64,000 nt of DNA, from IMG/VR virus record IMGVR_UViG_3300042934_000212; one strand, given 5' to 3'. The stretch comes from a virus. Its lineage: Duplodnaviria; Heunggongvirae; Uroviricota; Caudoviricetes. The position numbers were made by a program, and so were the translations under genes. This document shows, one piece after another, positions 31,849 through 42,900 of this stretch; positions within the stretch are counted from its first letter, which is position 1; each line of letters begins with the position of its first letter. The notes below the pieces were generated by a model, which saw only the letters and a program-made list of their open reading frames with translations, was not told where the DNA came from and ran no database searches.

Positions 31849-32695
31849 TTTGCTTCCTTTCTAGCATCTTCATTTCAATTTCGATTTGGCGTGTATGACT
31901 TGGATTAAACCCATGTAATTCAAGTAAATCATCACGAATGTTACGAACGTTCTTTTCAGAATTAAGTACTGAACGGAATGCGTTGTTAACGAATGAAGTA
32001 TAATATGCAAAAGGATTAAGCTGCACAGCAGGTTTGACTTTTTTGTATAAAATGCTTTCTGTAAAGAGTAGTGCGTTCTTAACTAGCTGAATTCTCGCAT
32101 CACCCATCATCTCATCTAAGTACGTATAATTACGGTAGTTAGGTTTATGAGATATTTCTTCTGCCAACTTAATAAACATCTTACCAAGTTCATTTGTCTG
32201 TCGCCCATGAGTTAGAGAAAACTCTCCATCTTCAAGGTCGCCTTTCCAATGTGATCTTGCAACTTCATAAAGAACTCCAGCATCATCAACAATGTAATGC
32301 TTGAATGGTTCGAAGTTTGTACGTACTTTCTTATCATCGGGGTTGTTTTCAATGAAAGGAATATGTTCATTACAAATGACTCGGATAACAACCTCATCAA
32401 TTGGAACATCTGTAAGTAGTAAATTGTGTTCTTCAGCGTACTCTTTTGTTTTCTTGGCAGTGAAAGCATGTTCAGCACGTATTTTATCAAGTGTACTATT
32501 GTTCAAACGCTTGATACGTTCTGCTTTAGCCACTTCAAGTAATTCTTCAGTAATTTCGGACTCGTCGAAGACGATGTAATCATACATATTGTAAGCATCG
32601 TCTAGAACCCAACAATATGACATTTTACTGATGTGAATTTCTCTTAGCAAATCCGCATTGTTTAGATACTTTTTGCGTTTTGGTCTAGTTGCCAT
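31835..32695 (-). CDS. gp55: Late-transcription sigma factor (gp55-like)
   Basis: YLNNADL, LGKMFIKLAE.IS.KPNY.NYTY.DEM, NPFAYYT....NAF.....EK. Confidence 0.88.
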   Translation of the reverse strand: MATRPKRKKYLNNADLLREIHISKMSYCWVLDDAYNMYDYIVFDESEITEELLEVAKAERIKRLNNSTLDKIRAEHAFTAKKTKEYAEEHNLLLTDVPIDEVVIRVICNEHIPFIENNPDDKKVRTNFEPFKHYIVDDAGVLYEVARSHWKGDLEDGEFSLTHGRQTNELGKMFIKLAEEISHKPNYRNYTYLDEMMGDARIQLVKNALLFTESILYKKVKPAVQLNPFAYYTSFVNNAFRSVLNSEKNVRNIRDDLLELHGFNPSHTRQIEIEMKMLERKQNGTI

Positions 32696-32743
32696 TCAAA
32701 ATCTCCATGTTTTTATATAAAACGATCCTTGTTTTACCTCTCT

Positions 32744-32772
32744 ATTATACCACATATTTTATTATCGTTTCA
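32744..32772 (-). promoter_or_regulatory. Early/middle promoter (gp55-47-46)
   Basis: TGAAAC-N17-TATAAT. Confidence 0.85.
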
Positions 32773-32775
32773 TAA

Positions 32776-32783
32776 TATAAATA
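32776..32783 (+). promoter_or_regulatory. Late promoter (baseplate operon)
   Basis: TATAAATA. Confidence 0.8.
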
Positions 32784-32811
32784 CTTGATATTATTTCCTC
32801 GGAGAATGTTT

Positions 32812-33549
32812 ATGATAGATCGCAGAATAAGACTAAGACCTAGAGATGGTGCAGCCAACTATGTATATGGAGACATATCTAATGCTGGTCAAAAGCAATC
32901 ATCTATTCTGTCTTTTTTACGTGTTACGAATGGTATGGTATGGAACTATACACCTATCATATCTGAACAACGTACAGTTAACTATGAAATGGATCAACCA
33001 GTTCATACAAATAGTGGTTACAACAACTACAAAAATACATCTAACACAGTACTAACAGTTCAAGGCTCGTTTTATAGCAACACTGCTATGGAAGCTATGT
33101 ATACATTAGCTTGTATGCACTTTATACGCTCAATGACCTTGATGGATTTTGGTAGAACAGCAGCGATCTCACAAAACCCTGATTTCGCAGTTGTCGGTGC
33201 ACCACCACCAATACTATTACTAAGTGGATACGGACGATACATTTATAATGATATTCCCGTAATTATTAAATCATATTCTTTCAGTTACCCTGATGATGTT
33301 TCATATATTCAAGTTCCCGTTGATACTTCAATGGATGGCTATGATTATAGTGACTCAGCAACACGTGCTTACTTTGAGAACTTACGTAATGTCGGTACTG
33401 TAAACCCACAAAATGAAGTTTGGGTTCCACAAAAGATGACAATCACATTACAGCTAGAACAACAACCAACACCAGCTTTCATGACTAATAAGTTCAATTT
33501 GAATTCATTTAAACGTGGTGAAATGCTTCGCAAAGGAGGATTCATTTAA
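32812..33549 (+). CDS. Baseplate/tail-tube initiator-like protein
   Basis: YTP.I, HFIRSMT.MDFG, GAPPPILLLSGYG...DIPVIIKSYS; first gene of the baseplate operon. Confidence 0.65.
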   Translation: MIDRRIRLRPRDGAANYVYGDISNAGQKQSSILSFLRVTNGMVWNYTPIISEQRTVNYEMDQPVHTNSGYNNYKNTSNTVLTVQGSFYSNTAMEAMYTLACMHFIRSMTLMDFGRTAAISQNPDFAVVGAPPPILLLSGYGRYIYNDIPVIIKSYSFSYPDDVSYIQVPVDTSMDGYDYSDSATRAYFENLRNVGTVNPQNEVWVPQKMTITLQLEQQPTPAFMTNKFNLNSFKRGEMLRKGGFI

Positions 33550-33863
33550 TGGGTGTTCAATACAGTTTATACTCACCTTATGCTAAGGTGAAACAGACGT
33601 GGTATCTTAATTACAATTTACCACAAGTAATACTTCCAGCAGATTCTGATAGAGAATATGAGATTCCTGCTCAATATGACGAACAACCTTGGCGTCTAGC
33701 AAAGGATTTGTACGGAAATGAACGTTTGTATTACATTTTTGCATTACTAAATTCTAATGTACTAGTAGATCCAATTTATGATTTTAAAGCTGGAACGGTT
33801 ATTCAAATTCCAACACTACAACGTGTACAAGTTTGGTTGAATGGCTCTCGTAATGTCAAATAA
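33549..33863 (+). CDS. LysM-like baseplate wedge protein (gp53-like)
   Basis: QPWRLAKDLYGN..LYYIF...N...DPIYDF.AG..I.IP. Confidence 0.8.
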   Translation: MGVQYSLYSPYAKVKQTWYLNYNLPQVILPADSDREYEIPAQYDEQPWRLAKDLYGNERLYYIFALLNSNVLVDPIYDFKAGTVIQIPTLQRVQVWLNGSRNVK

Positions 33864-33874
33864 GGATTAACAAC

Positions 33875-36274
33875 ATGGCGTCAATTCAAGATATTATTAA
33901 TAAGGCAAAAACTGGTTCTGCTAGTTTGCCTGATGTGAATCTAGAAGGTGTATCTTCTCAGGTTGACAAACAAATAGATGATAGCATTTCATCTTTAACA
34001 AAATCTGCTAACAATATTAAAACCAGTGCACAGAATGCAGCTAACGCTTCAGTCAATTCATTGAAACAGGGCGTTGAGAAAGCATCTAATACAGTAAAAG
34101 GTATGATACCTGGTACTGCGAATGGTTATGTTGCTCGTATTACAAGTGAAAAGGCAAAATCTTATAATGCCGCCGATGGTACGTTTTCCAACTTGGATTT
34201 AAACAGTTTAGTACTTCCATACGATAACCCACTTCTTGCATATGACAACTTCACTTGGTTATTTTCATTATACACAATGGCACCGAATGAATATGAATTC
34301 TTTTTGGATAATTCTAATGCAGAAGTATCAAAATATATTATTGCACAAAGTGGAGTTACTGGTAAGTACAGTATAAACAGCGTAAAAATGACTGTTGCTG
34401 GCCCAGCTACTCCAGGTCTTACATCCAACTTCACCCTAAACAACATTACTATGGAAGTTCAGGAAAATGGCGGTATGAGTTTATATGATGACTTAGTAGT
34501 ACTTTCAAATGAACTTGGATATAAAAAGTTCATGGATGTTCCAGTTGTTCTCGAACTGAATTTCGTTGGTTATGATCCAGTTACGGGTGAACCTAGAACA
34601 ATTACGTCTCTTAACCGTAAATGGGGAGTTCGTATTAACACCATACAAGGTTCAGCGTCAGCATCAGGTGGTACGATGAATTATACCTTCCAGATGGCAG
34701 GTACACGTGGTGGAATCATGGAAAACCGTGATTGGACTTTGATGGAACCTTATACATGCACAACTGGTAACTTTGGTCAATTCGTACAACAATTAGAAGA
34801 CCATATGAATAAGGTTGCAACTGACCAATACGGTTATTTGCGTTATCGTTATGGTGCATTTGCGAATAATGAATTCTTCAAGTTGATTTGTCCAAGCGAA
34901 CTATCAACCATGACCATTAACTATGATGTTAAGCAAAGTCCAGAAGTAAACCAAACATCTTCAGGTGCAAGTGCTGCTAAACAGTTTACTTGGGGTGCAG
35001 ATGTTCCGGTATCACGTGTTATCGATGATGTATTGGACTGTTGTATGCCATTACATGAAAGTACTGATAAACGTCGCCAGTTCGTTAACATTATTCCAGT
35101 TTCTAAGTACGTTGGTTATGATCCAGTGCGTGATACCTCAGCATATAAAAACTTTTTCTATATTCTAAAATATAAAATTGGTGATGTAACATCAAAGGAC
35201 GATTTGGATTCAGAAGTTTTCAACATGGACTACTTCTACGAAAACGCAGATAAGATTATTGATGAAAATGATCCTAATAAAAAGCCTAAGATTAATGCAA
35301 AGCGTTATGATTATCAGTTCAGTGGTCTTAACAATGAAATAATCAACTTGGACTTGAAATATGACCAAGGATTTAACTTAGCAGTTGTTCGTAACCCACA
35401 ATCTCAGATTGATAAGTCCAACAGTGCAGGTACACACACCGCTGAAACTTTAGAGCTTGCTGGTCAGGAATTCAGCACCACTGATACTAAAGGTTTGTGG
35501 GCTAAATCACAGAGTTTAATTCGTGAACAAGAAAATGGTAAACAGCTTTCAGATGAAGAAAAACAATTCATTCGTGATGCACAGGGCGTAGCTCAAACTA
35601 ATGTAATGCCAACCGAAGGTGAAACTGACCAGAGTAGTTATAACTTGTCAATTGCTGCTGCATTACCAAAGTATATTGAAGATTTCAGAAATGACTTTGA
35701 TCTTACAACAGAAGGTACAAATGGTATTGGTGCTCCTAGAGTAAACTCAATTCCAACTGAACCAACTAACACTAAAATAACAAACTCAGGTACGAAAGGT
35801 GATAACAGTTCTGATGATGAATTAGAACGTAGATTAGTTCGAGATAACTACTACAACCGTTCATTTCTAGCAAAATTGGACATGAAAGTAATTGGTGATC
35901 CATTCTGGCTAGGATGGGGTGATTATTCATATATGCAGTACTTACAACGTGCAGTTGAAGGTAAGGATATTGAACAAACACCTGAAGATATTCACTTCGC
36001 AAACTATCTAACTACAGAAACGTATTTGCTTCTTAATTTGAAGCCTATTGTAGCAATCAGTGATGATACTGGTATTTTACAAATCAACCAATCATCAGTA
36101 TTTGCTCAAACGTTCTATCGTGTGAATAAAGTAGTCAGTGAATTCAACAGCAACGGTACTTTCACTCAACAAATCACTGGTGGTGTTGTAATTCGTTCAC
36201 TACGAAGAAAAGACCAGTACAACCAAGTTACTGAAACACCTGAGTCAATTAAAACTAACGGGAAATCACAATAA
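33875..36274 (+). CDS. Probable baseplate hub protein
   Basis: 799 aa ORF before the spike gene; LDMKVIGDPFWL, YRVNKV.SEF..GTFTQ. Confidence 0.6.
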   Translation: MASIQDIINKAKTGSASLPDVNLEGVSSQVDKQIDDSISSLTKSANNIKTSAQNAANASVNSLKQGVEKASNTVKGMIPGTANGYVARITSEKAKSYNAADGTFSNLDLNSLVLPYDNPLLAYDNFTWLFSLYTMAPNEYEFFLDNSNAEVSKYIIAQSGVTGKYSINSVKMTVAGPATPGLTSNFTLNNITMEVQENGGMSLYDDLVVLSNELGYKKFMDVPVVLELNFVGYDPVTGEPRTITSLNRKWGVRINTIQGSASASGGTMNYTFQMAGTRGGIMENRDWTLMEPYTCTTGNFGQFVQQLEDHMNKVATDQYGYLRYRYGAFANNEFFKLICPSELSTMTINYDVKQSPEVNQTSSGASAAKQFTWGADVPVSRVIDDVLDCCMPLHESTDKRRQFVNIIPVSKYVGYDPVRDTSAYKNFFYILKYKIGDVTSKDDLDSEVFNMDYFYENADKIIDENDPNKKPKINAKRYDYQFSGLNNEIINLDLKYDQGFNLAVVRNPQSQIDKSNSAGTHTAETLELAGQEFSTTDTKGLWAKSQSLIREQENGKQLSDEEKQFIRDAQGVAQTNVMPTEGETDQSSYNLSIAAALPKYIEDFRNDFDLTTEGTNGIGAPRVNSIPTEPTNTKITNSGTKGDNSSDDELERRLVRDNYYNRSFLAKLDMKVIGDPFWLGWGDYSYMQYLQRAVEGKDIEQTPEDIHFANYLTTETYLLLNLKPIVAISDDTGILQINQSSVFAQTFYRVNKVVSEFNSNGTFTQQITGGVVIRSLRRKDQYNQVTETPESIKTNGKSQ

Positions 36275-38952
36275 TGGCTGATTCAAATGTAAGCAAAAGT
36301 CAGGCTTTTGCTAATAACCAAAAGGCACGTTTTAATCCACAATTCGTGCAACTTGCAACTGTTATGGACAACCGTGATCCACAAAAAACCGGTAAACTAA
36401 AAGTATGGGTTCAGAACTCACAAAGTGGCGATGACTCTAAAGGTTCATGGCTAACCGCCTCATACCTTTCTCCTTTCGCTGGAAGAACACCAGGTGTTCC
36501 AGGTGCCGCAAGTTATCAACAATTCCCTAAAGGCTATGGCTTTTGGGGAGTTCCACCCGATGTAGGGGTAACTGTCGCAATCTTCTTTGCAAACGGGAAC
36601 ATTCACGAATGTTATTGGTTCGCATGTGGTTTTGATGACCGCATGAATACCATGATTCCAGGAAGTGCTACACAGAAACTTCCAAGTAGTGGATATGATA
36701 TGCCAGTACCAGTTACTGACTATGACCGTAACACAATTCAAACTCAGCTAGACGAGAAGTACGTTAACGTACCGTTAGTAGCAGGTTTAACAAAACAAAA
36801 CCTTTTGTACGATGAGCAGAAAGGTGTACCGAACCGTAGTAGTACTCGTCAAACTACCAGTACAGTTTATGGTTTGGCTTCTCCGCGTGGAAATAACTTT
36901 ATCATCGATGATGGATATACTGATGCTGAATTAACTGCACCAAATTGGGATGATGATCCAGATGGTTATCAGAACACACAAGTTAATAACCCAGCAAACG
37001 ATACTACAGTAGGTTTACGTAAGAATGAAGGTATTGTCCTTCGTACCAGAAGTGGTGCACAATTCTTACTTTCCGAAAGTGATGGTAATGTTTTCATTAT
37101 TAACCGCGATGGTACTGCAAGGATTGAAATGACCGCTGATGGTCAAATTACTGCACACTCTGATAAAAGTATTACAATCAGAACAGAAGAAGATTTCAAC
37201 CTATCTGTTAAACAGGATATGAATATTGAAATCGGTCGCAATCTTAATGTTCACGCACAAGGCGACACAAAATTAAACCTAGTAGGTAAATTAGACGCAC
37301 TAATTGGAAACCAAGTTGTTATTAATACAGGTGCTGATTTACGTTTGGTAGCTGCATCAAGTATTCGTGTACAATCCGGTAGTAGTACTAACATTACTTC
37401 TGGTGAGAACACTGCAATTAAAACCGGAACAACTTTAGATGTAACTGCACCAGATTCTATTAATCTTAGTGGTGGTGGTACAAACTTCAATATCGCCGGA
37501 GTTGTGGAAAGTAGTTCACAAATTAATGCACCTGACTTTGTAACACCTAATGTGGGTCTAACAAGTCACATTCACTTACACGCTGCATTTGCAAGTCCTA
37601 CCAATCACAGTAATGAGATGGCAGCACCAATTCAAGGCGGCACGAGCGGTAATTCGAAAGCGGCGGCGGTTCCACAGCCAGCCAATGATGTTGCACCAGA
37701 AACACCAAAAGCTGAAGCACAGAATTCAGTACAGCACATTAACAGTACTTCAGAAGTAAGTCAAGTTCTTACTCAAGATTTAGTAGTTACTGATGGATCT
37801 GACGGTTCTAGTACATACACTACTACATATGAAAGTTTGCAGTTATTCATGCCTTGTACTGGAACAATTCGACAATTCGGATTTTGGGGTAAAGGTGTTC
37901 CAACAGAATCGGGTTCTACCACAAATAGAAATGGATGGATTATCCAATGTAAAGGTGATGTTGTTGCACCTGAAGGTGGATTAGTTACAAAAATGGGAAA
38001 TGGTGGTGTTATAATTACACACCCAATTGGATACAAGTCGGTGTTTTATGATATTGCTGTTAGTGTTAATAATAAAGATACTGTCACGAAAGGGCAGAAA
38101 ATAGGAACATCGAACGGAGTATTCAGTTACGAAATTCGTTTAGTTTCCGCAAACATTTATGGATTCTCAGGAACAGTTGATCCTGGATTATTCTTCAAGA
38201 CTGTTACAGGAAAAGGTAGCGATTGTGCAAATAAGAGTTTAACTGCTGGTAAAGCATCTAATCCGAACGCTACTGCATCTACTGGTTATTCACCAGATAG
38301 TACTGACTTGGTAGTAATTACTACGGTAAACAGTATTGGTTCAACTTATGCACAGCGTGGTTCTTTACACGTTCCTCAACGAACTACTAAGAAAAAATCT
38401 GGTGGCGGTGGTGGTAGTTCATCTGCACCTGCCGAAGATTTATCTAATTTAGATAAAACTGCTATCGATTGGAAAATTGTTCCAAGTGATGGAAAGTTGA
38501 TGGAAGAAGTGAAAGAGTTCGAAGGTACAATTCAGTACCAGACAGCCGTTGGGTATTACCGTAATGGTAAATTCTGGATTTATAAAGACAGTCTAGGTTA
38601 TCCGACAATTGGTTATGGTCACTTAATTACCGCTAGTGATAACTTTGCTGGTGGTATTGATGAGGCACAAGCTAATGAATTACTAATGAAAGACTTAGTA
38701 AGAACTGTTAATGATGCTAAAGGGATTTACGCAAAATACAATATGAAAACACCTTATATTGTACAAATTGTACTAACAGAAATGGTATTCCAGATGGGTA
38801 AAGGTGGTGTTCTTAAATTTAAGAATACACTTCAAGCTATGGCAAATGGTGATTATAAAGCTGCTGCTGCTGGTATTCGAAATTCTGCATGGTACAGACA
38901 AACAACTCGTAGGGCAGAAGTTATGGCACGTAGATTAGAGGCTGCTCAATAA
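36274..38952 (+). CDS. gp5: Central spike (gp5-like) with C-terminal lysozyme
   Basis: OB-fold (DNRDP..TGKLKVW, PPDVG..V...F), beta-helix repeats, HIH motif, degenerate M23-like domain, T4-type lysozyme (FEG...YKDSLGYPTIGYGHL). Confidence 0.88.
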   Translation: MADSNVSKSQAFANNQKARFNPQFVQLATVMDNRDPQKTGKLKVWVQNSQSGDDSKGSWLTASYLSPFAGRTPGVPGAASYQQFPKGYGFWGVPPDVGVTVAIFFANGNIHECYWFACGFDDRMNTMIPGSATQKLPSSGYDMPVPVTDYDRNTIQTQLDEKYVNVPLVAGLTKQNLLYDEQKGVPNRSSTRQTTSTVYGLASPRGNNFIIDDGYTDAELTAPNWDDDPDGYQNTQVNNPANDTTVGLRKNEGIVLRTRSGAQFLLSESDGNVFIINRDGTARIEMTADGQITAHSDKSITIRTEEDFNLSVKQDMNIEIGRNLNVHAQGDTKLNLVGKLDALIGNQVVINTGADLRLVAASSIRVQSGSSTNITSGENTAIKTGTTLDVTAPDSINLSGGGTNFNIAGVVESSSQINAPDFVTPNVGLTSHIHLHAAFASPTNHSNEMAAPIQGGTSGNSKAAAVPQPANDVAPETPKAEAQNSVQHINSTSEVSQVLTQDLVVTDGSDGSSTYTTTYESLQLFMPCTGTIRQFGFWGKGVPTESGSTTNRNGWIIQCKGDVVAPEGGLVTKMGNGGVIITHPIGYKSVFYDIAVSVNNKDTVTKGQKIGTSNGVFSYEIRLVSANIYGFSGTVDPGLFFKTVTGKGSDCANKSLTAGKASNPNATASTGYSPDSTDLVVITTVNSIGSTYAQRGSLHVPQRTTKKKSGGGGGSSSAPAEDLSNLDKTAIDWKIVPSDGKLMEEVKEFEGTIQYQTAVGYYRNGKFWIYKDSLGYPTIGYGHLITASDNFAGGIDEAQANELLMKDLVRTVNDAKGIYAKYNMKTPYIVQIVLTEMVFQMGKGGVLKFKNTLQAMANGDYKAAAAGIRNSAWYRQTTRRAEVMARRLEAAQ

Positions 38953-38986
38953 ATACCTATACTGATTATTTTCAGGAGGTAATTAT

Positions 38987-39475
38987 ATGAGTAATTGGGT
39001 TTTAACTAGTCAAGATGCTAAGCTATTAAATGATATTAAACTTTTCGAAGGTACTATTGCATATCAAACTAAGGTTGGATATTTCAAGAATGGAAAGTTT
39101 AATGTTTACAAAGATAGTTTGGGTTATCCGACAATTGGTTATGGTCACTTAGTACTTTCAAATGAAAACTTTGCACAAGGTTTAAATGAAAGTCAAGCTA
39201 ATGATCTGCTAGCTAAAGATTTAGCTGCAAAAGTTTCAGATGCAAAATCGATTTATGAACAATATGGCATGAAAGGAAATATTGAATTACAGAAAGTTCT
39301 AACTCAAATGGTATTCCAGATGGGTAAAGGTAAGGTTCTACAATTCAAAAATACACTATCCTGTATGGCTCGTGGTGATTACAAAGGTGCTGCATCTGGA
39401 ATGCGTAATTCTGCTTGGTATAAACAAGCAACTTCACGTGCTGAATCTTTAGCACGTATTGTTGAATCGCTATAA
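38987..39475 (+). CDS. Stand-alone T4-type lysozyme
   Basis: FEG...YKDSLGYPTIGYGHL...MVFQMG...F.NTL...SAWYKQ..RA; AGGAGG RBS and its own late box at 38950. Confidence 0.9.
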   Translation: MSNWVLTSQDAKLLNDIKLFEGTIAYQTKVGYFKNGKFNVYKDSLGYPTIGYGHLVLSNENFAQGLNESQANDLLAKDLAAKVSDAKSIYEQYGMKGNIELQKVLTQMVFQMGKGKVLQFKNTLSCMARGDYKGAASGMRNSAWYKQATSRAESLARIVESL

Positions 39476-39485
39476 GGGAAAAATA

Positions 39486-39875
39486 ATGGCAATTATATTC
39501 AAAGGATTTTCTTCTCCGATTGTGGGAAGGACAAAAGTACTATACGACGTTGATTTAGTTAAACAGGATTTAATTAATCATTTTAATACTCGTAAGGGTG
39601 AAAGAGTGATGGATGTGGATTATGGTTTTATCGGATGGGATTTACTATTCGAATTAGATAGACCTGGTAATGCACAATTACTGGAAGCAGATTGCAGAAA
39701 TATAGTGTCGCAAGATCCTAGATTACAGTTGCTATCTATTACAGTTTCCAGCGTTGAATATGGTTACCAAATCAGCTTAGTACTTAACTATGTACAGTTA
39801 GAGACGGTAGAGGAATTATCGTTGGTGTTCGATAATCGTTCACAACAACGTATGGCATTTGTTAATGCCGCATAA
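39486..39875 (+). CDS. gp25: Baseplate wedge protein (gp25-like)
   Basis: DLVKQDLINHFNTRKGERVM...YG, DPRL. Confidence 0.88.
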   Translation: MAIIFKGFSSPIVGRTKVLYDVDLVKQDLINHFNTRKGERVMDVDYGFIGWDLLFELDRPGNAQLLEADCRNIVSQDPRLQLLSITVSSVEYGYQISLVLNYVQLETVEELSLVFDNRSQQRMAFVNAA

Positions 39876-39878
39876 GTC

Positions 39879-39908
39879 AAAGGCATCTTTCGAGATGCCT
39901 TTTCTTTT
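39879..39908 (+). terminator. Intrinsic terminator
   Basis: AAAGGCATCT-TTCG-AGATGCCTTT then T-rich. Confidence 0.85.
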
Positions 39909-39949
39909 GGATAAATATTTCTATATTATTATATGAGGTGTATAAAAAC

Positions 39950-42900
39950 ATGGCACAACAAAAAAGACAATCTAATTTGTATGCTGCTGAAGATTGGACG
40001 CAAGTTTATGAAAGCTTTGCACAAATAAATCTTCAAGCTTATGATTTCGATACCATCCGTGAAAGTATGATTAACTATTTGCGTTTGACATATCCTGATT
40101 CATTCAATGACTGGATTGAAAACGATGAGTTCATTTTTATTCTAGATACAATTGCATTAATTGGTCAGAACTTAGCGTTCCGTATGGATATGAACAGTAG
40201 AGAAAACTTTCTGGATACTGCCGAACGTCGAGCTTCAGTACTTAAATTAGCAAAAATGATCTCTTATGCACCAAAACGTGCATATCCTGGACGTGGACTT
40301 GCGAAAGTAATGACCGTTAAAACAAACCAAGACATTAAGAACAGTTTCGGTTCTTCATTACGTAACCAAATTATTCGCTGGAATGACCCAAGCGATCCTA
40401 ACTGGTATGAAAACTTCATTCTTGTAATGAACAGTGCTTTTGTAGATACGAACCAGTTTGGTGATCCAATTAAAAAAGTTATCGCCAATGGCGTAACTAA
40501 TCAGCTATACCAAATGAACACTATTCCAATGTCTGCTCCAAATATTCCATTCACTGCGAATATTAATGGTGAATCAATGACATTCGAAGTAGTCAACCCT
40601 GATATTACCAGTACAGGTACAGCACAAGAGCGTCATCCACAGCCACAAGAACAAAAACATATCATCTATCGTAACGATGGTAATGGATTCGAGTCTCCAT
40701 ATACTGGATTCTTTGTTTATTTCAAACAAGGTAACTTGTCATTCACTGATTATGACTATGAACAACGTATCGAAAACAGAACTCAAGATTTAGATACCAA
40801 TAATATCAATGAAATTGACGTTTGGGTACAGGAAATTACCGAAGACGGTTTAGTACGTACTAAATGGACTCGTGTGCCAGCAATTGAATCAATTTCATAT
40901 AACTCAGTAGATCGTAAACAGAAAAGTATCTTCTCTGTAACTACTCGTGATAATGACCAGATTACAATTAAGTTTCCTGACGCAAGAAGTGGTCAAGTTC
41001 CACGTGGATCTTATCGTTTCTGGTATCGTGTATCAAATGGTGAGACTTATACGATTAAAACTACTGATATTCAGAACAAACCTGTACAATATACTTACAG
41101 AACTAATACTCAGTCAGAATACGAAAGCAGTACTCTAGATATGCAGTTCAGTTTGCAATTCCAGTCATCATTAGCACAATCTAAAGAGACAATGGAGCAA
41201 ATTAAAGAACGTGCACCACAACTGTACTACACACAGAACCGTTTTGTTAACGGAGAAGATTATAATATTGCACCTTTGATGTTGGGTAACACTGTTTTAA
41301 AGGCTAAGGCAATTAATAGGATTTATTCTGGTCAATCACGCTTTATTGACATTAACGACCCGACCGGAAAGTACCAAAACACTGATGTATTCACCGATGA
41401 TGGTGCAATTTATCGTGATAAAGTAAATGCAAGCAATTCGCTTCTACTTCCAAGTACAAAATCGAATGCAGCAATTGTTGTTGACGAAATTCAACCATTG
41501 ATTTCGGATAATGCAGTAATTCAGCTTTATCAGGACTTCGAAGCTAACACAGTAAAGGTTTCTACTAATCAACAATGGACTCCAGAGTTCAATTCTAACT
41601 ATACTTCTAACACATACGGACGTTTAATGTCTGCAAGTGCTAATGTGGTTTATGATATTGGTACAATTATCAATTTCCCAACATCAAACGGCACGGACGT
41701 ATGGACTTCAGTAGTAGATGTGGTTGATAATGACTATATGGTTCTATCAGTACCTATTACAGCTAAACAATTGTGTACTGAATATATTAAACCATTCCGT
41801 GTTAAGTTCTCAAACGTAGAGGTGCAGACTATTGCAGCTATGTTGGATAAAAAGACTGATTTCGTCATGATTTATGTACCAAATACATTATCGTGGGTTC
41901 CAATCCAAGGAACATATACTGGTAGTACAGTTCAATATGAAAACTCAGCATATCCAATCCTAATTAGTGTCTCTTATACGGCTGAATCATGGGAATTCGT
42001 TTCTAATGGTGTAAATTACGTATTTGTTGGTGGTGATAAGGTAAGATTCTACTTTGTCAGTACAGAAAATATCACTGATATTAGTACTGGTACTGTTCAG
42101 TCGGATAAAATCGATATATTATCGAATAACACCAACTATACAAATAACAACGGCTACTCAACTGATGAATCATTCCAGATTATCAAGACAGTAAATCAGG
42201 AAAATGGTTATATTGATGGTTCTCGTGTAATTGTAACCAGTTCACAACGTGATAGTAGTGGTATTCCATTAAATCCAAACCAGTTCAGAACGGTTGTACC
42301 TTCATTATCAGGTGAAGACAAGACTAAGTACGAGCAGTGGCTAATTTTCCAAGAAAATTCAGACTTCACTATAGATTTAGTTGATCCTACTGGCAATAAC
42401 TTCACTTTATTAGATTCAACTTGGAGCTATACACTTTCTCAAGTTAATTCTGAGACTATTGCATACCGTAAAGCAGCACTATTACGTAATGTTCAGATGA
42501 GAAGTACAAATATTACCAATCTTTATAACCGTGGCTCCGGCTTTGTTATTGGATTTGAGTACAACGGAACAGATTATTTCGTAAAACAGACAGTTGGAAA
42601 TAATAATGACCGCTTAAACAACTTCCTATCTAACATGACTCTTTCAACAGACGATAATCCACTAACACCTGAACAGGCGTTTGTTCGTGCAATTGAAAAT
42701 ATGAGTGATGAGAAGGCATCTGAAGTAACTAAACTTGATTATTATGGTTATGTTAACGTAAGTACTGACTATTTCATCAAGAAAGATGCTCGCGTAGGAA
42801 TTAATTATCACTGGAAGCACTATGCACCTGATGATAACCGCATCGACCCAAGTAAAACCAACTTGATTGATATGTATGTTCTAACGAACTCATACAAGAC

